Made by a program: the position numbers and the translations under genes | Notes under the pieces: generated by a model | What the model saw: the letters and a program-made list of their open reading frames with translations, nothing else | Database searches by the model: none | Told to the model about the DNA's origin: nothing | In this document: positions 47,853 through 57,590 of the stretch, piece after piece | Numbering within the stretch: position 1 is the stretch's first letter | Layout: every line of letters starts with the position of its first letter | DNA from: Candidatus Tectimicrobiota bacterium | GTDB taxonomy: Bacteria > JACPUC01 | Direction of reading: 5' to 3' | Length of the DNA: 64,000 bases | Assembly: GCA_016192455.1 (NCBI GenBank) | Contig: JACPUC010000007.1 | Location: forward strand, 194,720 to 258,719

Positions 47853-48635
47853 CTAGGTGCGGTTGCTGTACTGCAGCATCTCATCCGCCACGCGGATGAC
47901 GCGGGCGTTGAGCTCGTAGGCGCGCTGCGCCGAGATCATGCTGACGAGCTCCTCCGCGATGTTGACGTTGGAGTTCTCCAGGAACCCCTGGGCGACCGTC
48001 CCCAAGCCGTTGTTCCCCGGCGTCCCATTGACGGGCTGGCCGGAAGCCTCGCTCTGCTTATAGAGGTTGCGCCCCAGCGACAGGAGCCCAGCCGGGTTGA
48101 GGAAGGAGACGAGGGTGATCTTGCCGATCTCGGTGGGGCTGATCTGCCCGGCCTGGATGACGGAGACCGTGCCATCAGGACCGATGGCGACCTGGACGGC
48201 GTCGCCAGGGATCGTCAGCTCGGGCTGCAGGAGATAGCCGTCCGAGTTCACGATGCGCCCCTGCGAGTCACGCTTGAAGGCCCCGGAGCGGGAGTAAGCG
48301 ACATCGCCGCCCGGTTGCAGAATCTGGAAGAAGCCGCGCCCCTCGATCGCCAGGTCGAGCTCATTCTTCGTCTGCATGAAATCACCCTGGCTGAAGAGCT
48401 TCTGCGTGGCCACCGGACGTGTCCCCTGCCCCACCTGGATGCCGGTCGGCACCTGGGTGTCGCTCGAGGACGCGGTGCCGACGGCCCGCTCGGTCTGGTA
48501 GAGGAGGTCCTGGAAATCGCCGCGCACCCGCTTGAACCCCGTGGTGTTCACGTTCGCCAGGTTGTTCGCGATGATATCCACCCGAAGTTGCTGGGCTTCG
48601 ACGCCCGTGGCAGCGCTGAAGAGAGCTCGAATCAT
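47853..48635 (-). CDS. flgG: Distal rod protein FlgG
   Basis: MIRALFSAATG..ANNLANVNTTGFK..FQDLLYQ..GFLENSNV..QRAYELN. Confidence 0.97.
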   Translation of the reverse strand: MIRALFSAATGVEAQQLRVDIIANNLANVNTTGFKRVRGDFQDLLYQTERAVGTASSSDTQVPTGIQVGQGTRPVATQKLFSQGDFMQTKNELDLAIEGRGFFQILQPGGDVAYSRSGAFKRDSQGRIVNSDGYLLQPELTIPGDAVQVAIGPDGTVSVIQAGQISPTEIGKITLVSFLNPAGLLSLGRNLYKQSEASGQPVNGTPGNNGLGTVAQGFLENSNVNIAEELVSMISAQRAYELNARVIRVADEMLQYSNRT

Positions 48636-48649
48636 CTGCTCACACCTCC

Positions 48650-49414
48650 CTAGCCGACCTTGCCGACCTCGTTGACGGTGCCCGAGGTGATGCCGTTGTT
48701 GCCGAGGATTTGCTGAATGCTCTTCTGGTACGTCTCGTAGGCCCGCTGGTACTCAATGAGGCGCACCATGCCCTGGATGGCATTGACATTGGAGCGCTCC
48801 AGGTAGCCCTGGTGCACGGTGATCCCCTTGGCTTTCTGCGTCGCGCGCTGGCTGGCGGGGAGGTAAAAGCCGTAGCTGGATTTGGCGGCTTGGTTGGGCT
48901 GGTTCAGGCTCACGAGCGCCAGTTTGGCGCGCTCCTCGCCATCCACCCGCAGGCGCCCATCGCGGTCGACGCTGATCTTGCTCCCGTTCACCGCCACGGG
49001 GCCGGAATCGCTCAGGAGTGGAAATCCCTCCTGGGTCACGATCTGACCTTGCTCATTGAGGCGGAAATTTCCGCCGCGGGTGTACTGCACCCCTTTCGGC
49101 GTCTGCACCGAGAAGAACCCTTCGCCTTGCAGGGCGAGGTCGAAGGCATTGCCCGTCTGCATCAGGGCGCCCTGGGAAAAGTCGATGAGCATCCTCGAGA
49201 AGCGCACGATCGTGGCCCGGTCGTTCCAGACTGCGCTCTGGGCGGCCTCGGGGCTGGCATCCGCCCGAACCGCGTCGCTGACGTAGAGGTCGAAGAGCGG
49301 GCGCTCCTCTTTGAAGGCGATGGTGTTCACATTGGCAAGATTGTGCGCCAGGATTTCCAGGTTGACCTCCTGGGCCATGCTGCCTGAGACTAAGGCGTAG
49401 AGACCTGTATCCAC
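48650..49414 (-). CDS. flgF: Rod protein FlgF
   Basis: GTG 49414 with GGGAG RBS: MDTGLYALVSG..AHNLANVNT..TGNAFDLAL..GYLERSNV. Confidence 0.9.
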   Translation of the reverse strand: MDTGLYALVSGSMAQEVNLEILAHNLANVNTIAFKEERPLFDLYVSDAVRADASPEAAQSAVWNDRATIVRFSRMLIDFSQGALMQTGNAFDLALQGEGFFSVQTPKGVQYTRGGNFRLNEQGQIVTQEGFPLLSDSGPVAVNGSKISVDRDGRLRVDGEERAKLALVSLNQPNQAAKSSYGFYLPASQRATQKAKGITVHQGYLERSNVNAIQGMVRLIEYQRAYETYQKSIQQILGNNGITSGTVNEVGKVG

Positions 49415-49592
49415 CCAAGGTTCTCCCACCGCTGGAGGCCGGTCGTCGTATCGCGGGGCACGCGCCCCACTCGTCAGCCCCAAGCCGGCAACACGCTCCA
49501 CGATGTGCAGCGAACGGACGACGTGGAGGACCCTGGTAGGGTGTGGCCGGTGGCCCTGCGCGGGGCGCGTCCCTCTTCTCCTCGGAGCGGGT

Positions 49593-49608
49593 TGCAAGGC
49601 AGGTGCCA
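49593..49608 (-). promoter_or_regulatory. Sigma54 promoter of the flgF operon
   Basis: Minus strand TGGCAC-CTGCC-TTGCA, consensus -24/-12. Confidence 0.85.
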
Positions 49609-49780
49609 AAGACGGGCCGGGAAGTGCGACTCGGAGCCGGGCGCGGTTTGGCAAGCTGGGCGGAGGGCTGTGGCGCCGGCTGCAACGGCTGCGGCGTCCG
49701 GGCGGAGCGCCTCGCGCCGGTGCCGCCTGGCGCCGCAGCGCGGGGGGGGACGGGGCGGGGGATGTCGTCTCCACCCGGGC

Positions 49781-49813
49781 CGCGTCAAGGCAATCCGCGG
49801 CTGCCTTGACGCG
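49781..49813. repeat. Perfect 12-bp inverted repeat (terminator or activator site)
   Basis: CGCGTCAAGGCA-N9-TGCCTTGACGCG, ~75 bp after the FlhB-like stop and ~175 bp upstream of the flgF sigma54 promoter. Confidence 0.6.
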
Positions 49814-49889
49814 CCTGTGTCGGAGGGAGGATCGGAACCGTCTACCGCTGCCGCGGATCACGATCTCTGCCTAGCGGCCTAGGCATTTC

Positions 49890-50213
49890 TTACCTGTCGG
49901 GGGGAGCGAGAGCACTGACGATGGTCCCTGGTGCGAGACGTTCGACAAACTCGCCCAGCGAGCCCAACACAACGATGGTAAGGGCCACGAGATCCTCGGG
50001 AAACTCGCCGTTTGCCCCCGCCGCGAGGAGAAGCCGCAGGAGGTCCAGGTCAGCCGCAACAGGGATGCCGCGGGCGCCGGCTCGGCGGGCGAACTCCGCC
50101 GCGTTCTCCGTTTCCCCTCGTCCTGCGGAGGCTGCTCCGCCCGAGGCGCTGCCTGACGCGGCGCGCCCGTCCGGGGGGGCGGCGCGAGGGGTATCATAGC
50201 GCTGGCTCGGCAT
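49890..50213 (-). CDS. Divergent FlhB C-terminal-like (FlhX/YlqH-type) protein
   Basis: RYD..AGRG..A.FARRAGARGIPVAAD..L..EFPEDL parallels the FlhB tail in this window (LYE..VVAKGR..A..IREVAQEHGVPIVEN..AVPVNLY); follows a FliK-like gene. Confidence 0.6.
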   Translation of the reverse strand: MPSQRYDTPRAAPPDGRAASGSASGGAASAGRGETENAAEFARRAGARGIPVAADLDLLRLLLAAGANGEFPEDLVALTIVVLGSLGEFVERLAPGTIVSALAPPDR

Positions 50214-50217
50214 CGGT

Positions 50218-51372
50218 TCACACCTTCAGGTTGATCAGTTCGAGCCCGGCCTGGGCGACAGCGGCAGGGCCGCGCCGCGCCAGACTCTCCTCCTCGAGCA
50301 CCTCCACCCGCACCTCCCCAAGCTGCAGCTCCAGGCTCTCCAGGCGTCGCCTCAGGATGCCTACGAGCGCCTGCAAGGGGACGAGGAGCCGCACCGAATC
50401 CGTGGCGACCCGGCCGCTGAGCTGACGCCGCGCGAAATCGACCCGCAGCTCCACGACGACGCGGCCGCTCCCCTTCAGCTCGAGGCTGAAGAGGAGGTGA
50501 TAGGCGCGCCCCGCACGGCTCTCGTCGAGCGGCGGCGCCTCTTCTCCTGGCGGTTCCTCAACCTCGATCGTGACGCCGATGAGCTGATCGAGGAGGCCAA
50601 GGGGCACCTGGAAGCGACGTCTCCTGCCCCCGCCGCGCTCCCGCCCCAAAGCATCGAGGAGCTGCTGGGCCTGCAACGCCTGGAGAAATCCATCAACCGC
50701 GAACATCTGCCGCTGCAGCGCAAGCTGGGCAAGGGCATCACGCTCTTCCAGGGAGGCGCGCATGAGCAAGAGGAGGCCCTTGAGATCGCTCTCGACCAGC
50801 GCTCGCGCCGCCGCGGCATCCGCATCGCCTCGCAGCAGCGCCGCAAGCCGCGCCTCGTAGTGCATCCCCGAACCCAGGAGGAGCTGGCGGAACTTCGCCG
50901 GCGTCATGTCCCCTGACGTTGAGAAGATGAGGGAGTGGAGGAGCGCTGAGAGCTTGGCAACCTGCGCGGCGAGGTCGGGGGGAAGCCTGGCTGGCTCCAC
51001 CGCACGAAGCTGGGCGGCAAGCTGCTGCAGGATTTCTTCGTGGGGACGCCAGGCCGGCAAGCTGGTGCGCAGCGCCTGGATGAGAGGCTGGAGCAGCGGC
51101 ACGCCCGCCGCGCCGTTCGGCGTCACCAGGCGCAGGAGGATCGTCGGCTGGAGCTGAACGACCTGCAGCTTGATCTGCTCGCCCTGCCGCAAGGCGACCA
51201 GGGACTGCGCCGGAACCGTCAGCCCCTTGATCTCCAGGCTTACGGCGCCGGACTCGTCCGCCTGACGGACGACCGCCGTAAACTCCTCCGCCGGGCGCAG
51301 GGAAGCCTGGCGCCCGTCTCGCATGAGGAGGAGCGCCGTTGCCGTGGTGCTTGCGGAGATGCCGTCGAGCAT
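50218..51372 (-). CDS. FliK-like (hook-length control C-terminal domain) protein
   Basis: GEQIKLQV..L.L; SGMHYEARL..DLKGLLL; C-terminal LFSLELKGSGRVVVELRV..INLKV; adjacent to an FlhB-like gene. Confidence 0.6.
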   Translation of the reverse strand: MLDGISASTTATALLLMRDGRQASLRPAEEFTAVVRQADESGAVSLEIKGLTVPAQSLVALRQGEQIKLQVVQLQPTILLRLVTPNGAAGVPLLQPLIQALRTSLPAWRPHEEILQQLAAQLRAVEPARLPPDLAAQVAKLSALLHSLIFSTSGDMTPAKFRQLLLGSGMHYEARLAALLRGDADAAAARALVESDLKGLLLLMRASLEERDALAQLALQRQMFAVDGFLQALQAQQLLDALGRERGGGRRRRFQVPLGLLDQLIGVTIEVEEPPGEEAPPLDESRAGRAYHLLFSLELKGSGRVVVELRVDFARRQLSGRVATDSVRLLVPLQALVGILRRRLESLELQLGEVRVEVLEEESLARRGPAAVAQAGLELINLKV

Positions 51373-51611
51373 GCCGAGCCCCGCTCAGGTTGGCGGTGCC
51401 ATCGGGAGCTGCTTAGCCGGAGCCTGGCGGGAGCGCGCGGGACCGAGGCGCAGCACCACGAGGCGCGCCTGGCACGCCGAGGGAAGAGTGCCCCGGCCGC
51501 CTCGGCGCCGCCTCAGCACCGGAAGCTCCTGGCGGGAAAACGGCGCAGAAGGAGAGGCTGGCGTGCCCGGACGCTCCTGGAGCGAAGCCCGCGGCGACCC
51601 TCCCCGGCACC

Positions 51612-51875
51612 TCAGGCAACGAGGTTGATGCCAGCGGCATGGCCTGGAGCCGCTTGCTGCTCCGCAGCGGTGGGCGGTGGAGAGGCAGTCGAAGGGGAGT
51701 CCCCCTCCTTGCCGGCGCCCGGCGCCTGCTGCTCTTCCCGCTCCTGCTCCTCATCCTCCAGGGTCTCGAGCACGAAGCGACGATCGGGGCGTGTTTCGCG
51801 CTTCTTCTCGGCGGAGGTGACGCGCTGGTCGCGGGGCGGAGGAGGAATGACCTCACGCTGGATGCCACTGATCAT
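51612..51875 (-). CDS. Small charged hypothetical protein (87 aa), probably flagellar regulon
   Basis: AAGGGAG RBS; ends AGINLVA; sigma54-like site upstream. Confidence 0.55.
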   Translation of the reverse strand: MISGIQREVIPPPPRDQRVTSAEKKRETRPDRRFVLETLEDEEQEREEQQAPGAGKEGDSPSTASPPPTAAEQQAAPGHAAGINLVA

Positions 51876-52082
51876 GGTTCTGGCACTCCCTTCGGCGCCG
51901 TGGCTGCCGCAGCCCTCCTGGGGGAGGCTGGATCAGCCGGGCGCCTCGCTGCATGGGGAGGAGCGCCACTCGTCGGGTCACACCATCCATCTCTTGCAGC
52001 ACGCCGGCGCGGGCCGGGCGGAGCCTGCTACCGCCCTCTCCCCCTGCCGTGTGGCGCACCCTCTTCGTTTCAAGAGTACCTT

Positions 52083-52098
52083 AGCAAATTCCATTCCA
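52083..52098 (-). promoter_or_regulatory. Candidate sigma54 promoter
   Basis: Minus strand TGGAAT-GGAAT-TTGCT (GG-N10-GC) in an AT-rich patch. Confidence 0.6.
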
Positions 52099-52354
52099 TT
52101 TGCGCCGCAACTTACCTCCCGCCAGCCACCCGACAGGGGCTGCGTCTCTTTGCCGATGAGCGTGCCGACTTGGGGAGCCTGCCGCCGCCCCAGGCTTGTC
52201 GCGCCGCCGCAGGCGCGGCCGACATGCTGGCCGCCGGCGTGGAGGGGAAGTGCCGCCGGCGCGCGCCGCGTCCCGCCTGGCTGGGCGAAGCAGCGGCTTG
52301 CTGACGGGCCCGGGAGGCCCGCGGCTGTCGTTCGCGCCGCTACGACCCCGACGC

Positions 52355-53710
52355 TTACGAGGGAGCGGCGAGCGAGGCAGCAGCCTCTTCGCCCGGCGCC
52401 TTCTGCCGCCCAAGCAGGAGCTTCAGCAGGGGGGGCGTGATGAAGGTGGTGATGATGACCATCACCAGAATGGCGGAGTAGAGCGAGGCGTCGATGATCT
52501 GGTTCGCCAGGCCATAGCCGGCAAAGATCAGCCCCACCTCGCCGCGCGGGATCATCCCCACGCCGACGATGAGCTTGTTAAGGAGGGGACCGGGCTGGGC
52601 GACGCCACACACCAGCTTGCCGATGACGGCGAGAACGGTGATGAGGAGCGCAATGCCCAGGACTTCGGGGCGCAGGAAGGAGCGCAGATCAACCAGCATG
52701 CCCATGTGCACGAAGAAGAGCGGCACCAGGAGGTCTGCCACCGGCCGGATGAGCTGTTGGAGATTGATCTTCTCGCGGAACCCTGCCAGGTTCACCCGCT
52801 CCAGCAGGAGCCCCGCCGCGAACGAGCCGACGATGGTGGCCAGGCCGATCCGATGGGAGATGAATGAGAGGACGAACGCCATGACCAGCACCGTCACGAT
52901 CATCATGCCGCGAACGCGCAGCTTCTGGGCCACATTCACGAAGGGCTGGGCAAAGTAGTTGCCGGCGACAAGCGCCCCGACGAGGAAGAGGAAGGCGGTG
53001 ACTGAAATCTTCGCCACCGTCATCGCCTCGAAGCCGCCGCTCTTGATCAAGCCGACAATGATGGCAAGCAGCATCAAGCCGAGGACATCGTCGATCACGG
53101 CGGCCCCCAGCACCACGCGGGCCTCGTCGGTTCGCAGTCTCCCCAAGTCGGTGAAGACGCGCGCCGTGATGCCGACGCTGGTCGCCGCCAGCGTCGCCCC
53201 CATGAACAGGTGGAGCACGAAGTTCTCGCCGCCGATGTTCAACCAGGTTGTGGCCAGGATGCCCAGGATCATCGGCGTCACCACGCCGATGACCGCGACG
53301 AGCAACGAGCGCGCCCCCACCTTCATCAGCTCCCCCAGGCTCGACTCAAGCCCAACTTCGAAGAGGAGGATGATGACGCCGATCTCGGAGAGAATCTCAA
53401 TCACCCCGTCAATCTGCACGAGGTTGAGGACGCTCGACCCGATGAGCACCCCGCCGATAAGCTCCCCCAGGACGGCCGGCTGGTGGAACCGCGCCAGCAC
53501 CGCGCCGCAAATCTTCGCGGCGGCGAGCATGAGGATGATTTTCAGCAGCACGCTGCCGATATCGAAGTGAACCGCCCCGCCGGCTGGCGGCGCTTCCGCC
53601 CCCAAGGCCACGCGGCCGAGCAGCACACCCGCCGCCAGAGCCCCAGCCCAGAGCGCCCAGCGCGGTTGCAGACGAGTTCCGCCACCTGAGGTGAATCGAT
53701 GGCTGCGCAT
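52355..53710 (-). CDS. Cation:proton antiporter, CPA2 (NapA/KefB-like) family
   Basis: QPAVLGELIGG..GVIILLFEVGLE..ATSVGIT..AAVIDDV..PLFF..GMIPRGEVGLI; many TM helices; AAGGAGG RBS. Confidence 0.92.
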   Translation of the reverse strand: MRSHRFTSGGGTRLQPRWALWAGALAAGVLLGRVALGAEAPPAGGAVHFDIGSVLLKIILMLAAAKICGAVLARFHQPAVLGELIGGVLIGSSVLNLVQIDGVIEILSEIGVIILLFEVGLESSLGELMKVGARSLLVAVIGVVTPMILGILATTWLNIGGENFVLHLFMGATLAATSVGITARVFTDLGRLRTDEARVVLGAAVIDDVLGLMLLAIIVGLIKSGGFEAMTVAKISVTAFLFLVGALVAGNYFAQPFVNVAQKLRVRGMMIVTVLVMAFVLSFISHRIGLATIVGSFAAGLLLERVNLAGFREKINLQQLIRPVADLLVPLFFVHMGMLVDLRSFLRPEVLGIALLITVLAVIGKLVCGVAQPGPLLNKLIVGVGMIPRGEVGLIFAGYGLANQIIDASLYSAILVMVIITTFITPPLLKLLLGRQKAPGEEAAASLAAPS

Positions 53711-54144
53711 GATCCCTCCTTGCCAAGCGGACTCAACTCGGCACGGGGCCGGCTGCAGAGCTCCGCCGCCGACCCGTCACGCGCTGCACCGCGGTGCAGC
53801 TCCTCCCCGCAGCAGCAACTTCAACCCGATGAAGCGTAGCTGAAGCGCGGGCCGCAAGCAAGCAGACCTTCCGCGGCCCGTCATCACCCGAGCTGGTTCG
53901 CCCGCAGCGCCGCCTATCATAGGAAGGATGGATTGAGCTGGAGAGCTCAACGACTGACACCAATGAGGGGGAGATCTCGGCCACCGCGGAGGAAGCAGCC
54001 GATCTCAAGCCCCCTGCTCCCTGCCCGGCTGTTTCAGATGCCAGGGGCTTGTTCGCCACGCCGCCGCCTCCGGAGCGAGGCTCCCATGGCAGGGCGCAGG
54101 CGGGCCGTCCAGGGAGGCGCGCCGTCCGGACCTGGCAGGGACCG

Positions 54145-54756
54145 TTACTGCACGACGAACTCGGTGAAGTAGAGTTGCTTCACCTCCCCCCGCGGCAGGA
54201 GCTTATTCAAACGCGCGATGAGCTGGCTGCGGAGCTGATTCTTGCCGAGTGAGGTGCTGATATCGGCGTAGCGTTTACTGCTGAGCAGCACCAGGATGCT
54301 GTCGCGCATTTGGGCTTGGCGTTGGTCGATCTCCTTCTGGAGTTCCTTGTCGGAGATTTCGATCTCCATGTTGAGCTTGAGGTAGCGCTTGCCGCTGGTG
54401 TCGGCAAGATTCACGATAAAGGTCTTCATGGGGATGATTGGCCCAGGCTCGTTTCGGTTCCCCTCCTTCCCGGCTGGTCGTGCGCTCGCTTTCGCTTCCG
54501 AGGTGGGGCGCGCCAAGAAGGTCGTGTAGGCGACGTATCCACCCGCAAGCAGAACGAGGACGAAACCACCCAGCAGGATCATTGTCATCAGCCCGCGCTT
54601 TTTCGAGCTTGAAGCAGTCTCGTCCCCCGTCTCCCCGGCGGCCGCATCGCCTCGCTTCTTCCGGGCAGGTCCTTTCGCTCCTCCCTTCTCGGCCTCTCGG
54701 TCGACCCCTTTCTCGACCCCTTTCGCGGCCCCTTTCTCAACTCCTTTCTCGACCAT
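54145..54756 (-). CDS. fliL: Flagellar basal body protein FliL
   Basis: Single TM helix; FIVNLAD..RYLK..RDSILVLLSSK..GK..L..LYFTEFVVQ. Confidence 0.93.
   Translation of the reverse strand: MVEKGVEKGAAKGVEKGVDREAEKGGAKGPARKKRGDAAAGETGDETASSSKKRGLMTMILLGGFVLVLLAGGYVAYTTFLARPTSEAKASARPAGKEGNRNEPGPIIPMKTFIVNLADTSGKRYLKLNMEIEISDKELQKEIDQRQAQMRDSILVLLSSKRYADISTSLGKNQLRSQLIARLNKLLPRGEVKQLYFTEFVVQ
54671..54753 (-). repeat. Degenerate 12-bp tandem repeat at the fliL 5' end
   Basis: Encodes VEKG-VEKG-AAKG-VEKG-VDRE-AEKG-GAKG. Confidence 0.7.
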
Positions 54757-54823
54757 GGATGGCGTCTCCCTGCGATCCCCGAGGCGTCACGGCGCGGCTC
54801 CCCGCCGACGCGCCGAGGCTGCA

Positions 54824-55204
54824 TCAGCTGGTGAAAATCTTCTCAATCTTGTCCTTCAACGTCTCCGCAGTGAAGGGTTTGACGATGTAGTTGTTCGCGC
54901 CTGCCTTGGCCGCCTCGATGACGTTCTGGCGTTGCGCCTCCGCGGTCACCATGAGGAGGGGAATCTGCTTCAGGCTCTCATCGGCGCGGATCGCCTTGAG
55001 GAGCTCGATGCCCGTCATCTTCGGCATGTTCCAGTCCGAGATGACGAAGTCGATCTTCTCCTTCCGCAGCATCTCCAGCGCCGCCATGCCGTCGTCGGCC
55101 TCGACGACATTGTGGAAGCCAAGCTGCTTGAGGATGTTCTTGATAATTCGACGCATCGTCGAGAAGTCGTCGACGGAGAGAATCCGCATGTTGGTATCGG
55201 GCAT
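54824..55204 (-). CDS. cheY: Chemotaxis response regulator CheY
   Basis: [36 protein letters not shown]. Confidence 0.95.
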   Translation of the reverse strand: MPDTNMRILSVDDFSTMRRIIKNILKQLGFHNVVEADDGMAALEMLRKEKIDFVISDWNMPKMTGIELLKAIRADESLKQIPLLMVTAEAQRQNVIEAAKAGANNYIVKPFTAETLKDKIEKIFTS

Positions 55205-55384
55205 CCCTGCGTTCCTCTAGGCGCTGATCCGTGAGCTGGGCGCTGGGCCATGTTCCTGGTGCGCGTCGCACCCTGCCTCCCCGTGGTGCAGCGCGGGGCG
55301 GCAGCACTCTCTCCTCTCCCAGGCCAAGCGCGGGCCGCGGATCCCCTGCACGACCCCGGTCGGGCAGGAATCAGGCCACGCTCC

Positions 55385-56143
55385 CTAGTCGAACGTCCTG
55401 CGCAGGCGTCCGCGCAGGGTGAGCATCGCCTTGGAATGGATCTGCGAGACCCTCGACTCGGTAATCCCGAGGACCTCGCCAATCTCTTTCATTGTCAACT
55501 CTTCATAGTAGTAGAGCGTGATCACGAGGCGCTCCTTCTCGTTCAGCTCGTCGACGGCCTTGGCCATCACGCCTTGCAGCTCCTGCTGATCGAGCTGCCG
55601 TTCCGGCTGCGGTGCGTCGTGGCCCGGCGCGGCGCCGCTCGGTTCGCGCTGGTCACCCGGTATGACGCCTTTGCCAAGGTCCTCCAAGCTGACGAGGAGG
55701 GAGCCATGCACCTCGCCGAGCAGTTCATGGAGCTCGTCCATCGGCAGGGCGAGGTGGGCGGCCAGCTCCTCCTCGCTCGGCTCGCGTCCAAGACTCTGCT
55801 CGAGGTGGAAGTAAGCGGTCTCGAGTGCGTGGGCCTTTTGGCGCACCGAGCGCGGCACCCAGTCCATGGCGCGCAGATCGTCGAGGATGCTGCCACGGAT
55901 ACGGAACTCCGCGTAGGTCTTAAACTTGATGTCCCGGCTTGGATCGAAGCGCTCGATCGCTTCGATCAGCCCGATGACCCCGGAGTTGATGAGGTCGTTG
56001 AGCTGCACGTGCGCCGGCAAGCGCGAGGCGATGCGATGCGCGATGTACTTGATGAGGGGGGCATAGGCCACGATCAGCTCCTCGCGCTCCTGGGCGCTGA
56101 GCCGACGCTTCGTAGAGACGCCCCCTTGAGCCAGCCCTGCCAT
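55385..56143 (-). CDS. fliA: RNA polymerase sigma28 factor FliA
   Basis: RLPAHV..DL..G..GL..F.TYAEFRIRG.ILDDLR..DWVPRSVR..LYYYEELTMKEIG..ESRVSQIHSKA. Confidence 0.96.
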   Translation of the reverse strand: MAGLAQGGVSTKRRLSAQEREELIVAYAPLIKYIAHRIASRLPAHVQLNDLINSGVIGLIEAIERFDPSRDIKFKTYAEFRIRGSILDDLRAMDWVPRSVRQKAHALETAYFHLEQSLGREPSEEELAAHLALPMDELHELLGEVHGSLLVSLEDLGKGVIPGDQREPSGAAPGHDAPQPERQLDQQELQGVMAKAVDELNEKERLVITLYYYEELTMKEIGEVLGITESRVSQIHSKAMLTLRGRLRRTFD

Positions 56144-56188
56144 GCTGACACCCCGCTGCTTGCAACGAGCTCGGCCTCATGGGCCGGG

Positions 56189-56383
56189 TTAAAGCAATCG
56201 GCTGAAGACACCCCCGACGAGCACGCCGAACGCCGCAAAGAGCGCCCCCGCGGCGACGCCCGTCAGGAGGGCTGTGGAGAGTGGATGCCCGGCCAAGAGT
56301 TGGCCGCCGAGCCCCACCAGGAGAGCCAGCGCAAAGAAGGCCAGGGCGGTTCGTCGCAGCACCGTTGCTCGTCCTTTCTCCAA
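56189..56383 (-). CDS. Small two-helix membrane protein (64 aa)
   Basis: TTG start; two hydrophobic segments; fills the flhG-fliA gap on the operon strand. Confidence 0.45.
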   Translation of the reverse strand: MEKGRATVLRRTALAFFALALLVGLGGQLLAGHPLSTALLTGVAAGALFAAFGVLVGGVFSRLL

Positions 56384-56530
56384 CTAGCCGCTGGTCGGGA
56401 AAGCGGCGGCCCTGCCGCGAGTCCCAGGAATCCCCCCGGAGATCGCGACGGCCCGCTCTGTCGCACTCAGCCGCGGCGCCCGGCCGCCGGGGCACTCCTG
56501 CTCTTTGCTTTCTCCACGCGGCGGGGGGCG

Positions 56531-57517
56531 CTACGCCCGTGCGTCTCGGTTCACCCCTCTTCCTGACGGCGGCTCAGTTCCAGGGGAGGAGGCGTTCTCG
56601 AGGAGCTGCCGCCAGAAGAACTGCAAGCTCCCCTTCGGCTCGAAGCTCGGCGTCATCTCCAGGAGGCGCTCGCCGAGGGAGACGAAGCAGAGGCTGGCGC
56701 TGCTCGTGGGGTAGCGTTCCAGCACCGCGCACTGCTCCTTGACCGCCTGGACGACCTTCTCATCGCGCCGCACGTAGCCCAGGTACTCGAGGCGCACGTT
56801 CAGGTAGCGTCCAATGACCCGCAGGAGACGATGGTACACCGCCTCAGCATCCTCGGAGCTTTTGACCCAGTTCACCACGAGCTTGAAGGAGCGCTCCGCA
56901 TAGCGCATCGAGAGCACCTTCATCATGGCATAGGCATCCGTGATCGAGGTCGGTTCAGGTGTCACCACGATGATGATCTCCTGCGCCGCCACGGCGAAGT
57001 AGAGGACGTTTTCCGAGATGCCGGCGCCGGTATCGAGCAGGAGGAAATCAAAGCGCTCACCCAACTGGTCAAAGGCATCGAGGAGCATCAGCCGCTGCGC
57101 ATCGCTCAGCTCGGTGAGCTCCTGGATGCCGGAGCTGGCGGGCAGGACCCGCATGCCACCAGGGCCGCAGATGAGGACGTCGCGCAGGCGCTTCTCACCC
57201 CGCAGAACGTGTTGCAGGGTAAAGCGAGGTGTTAAGCCGAGCAGCACGTCAAGGTTCGCCAGGCCGAGGTCGGCGTCACAGACCAGCACGCGCCGGTTCT
57301 GACGTGTCAGCGCGTAGGCGAGGTTGGCCACCAGGTTCGTCTTCCCCACCCCTCCCTTGCCACTCGTCACGGCGATCACCCGGGCCGGTGGAGCCGGCGC
57401 GACCAGCCCATCCCGAGGTTCAACAAGGGCGCTGGGGGAGAGCCTCGTCGGCGACAGCCGCATCGCGGCGCTCTGTCGCTCCCGCGCTAACTCTCGCAGC
57501 CGCTTCGCTTGATCCAT
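56531..57517 (-). CDS. flhG: MinD-like flagellar number regulator FlhG/FleN
   Basis: MDQAKRLR; TSGKGGVGKT; DADLGLANLD; DTGAGIS; PEPTSITDAYA. Confidence 0.95.
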   Translation of the reverse strand: MDQAKRLRELARERQSAAMRLSPTRLSPSALVEPRDGLVAPAPPARVIAVTSGKGGVGKTNLVANLAYALTRQNRRVLVCDADLGLANLDVLLGLTPRFTLQHVLRGEKRLRDVLICGPGGMRVLPASSGIQELTELSDAQRLMLLDAFDQLGERFDFLLLDTGAGISENVLYFAVAAQEIIIVVTPEPTSITDAYAMMKVLSMRYAERSFKLVVNWVKSSEDAEAVYHRLLRVIGRYLNVRLEYLGYVRRDEKVVQAVKEQCAVLERYPTSSASLCFVSLGERLLEMTPSFEPKGSLQFFWRQLLENASSPGTEPPSGRGVNRDARA

Positions 57518-57590
57518 GCCCCTTCCTTCGAATCGTCTCGTGGCTGGTTCGCCCGGCGATGCTCGAGGCGCCGCGGCCTCGTGGTCGGCG

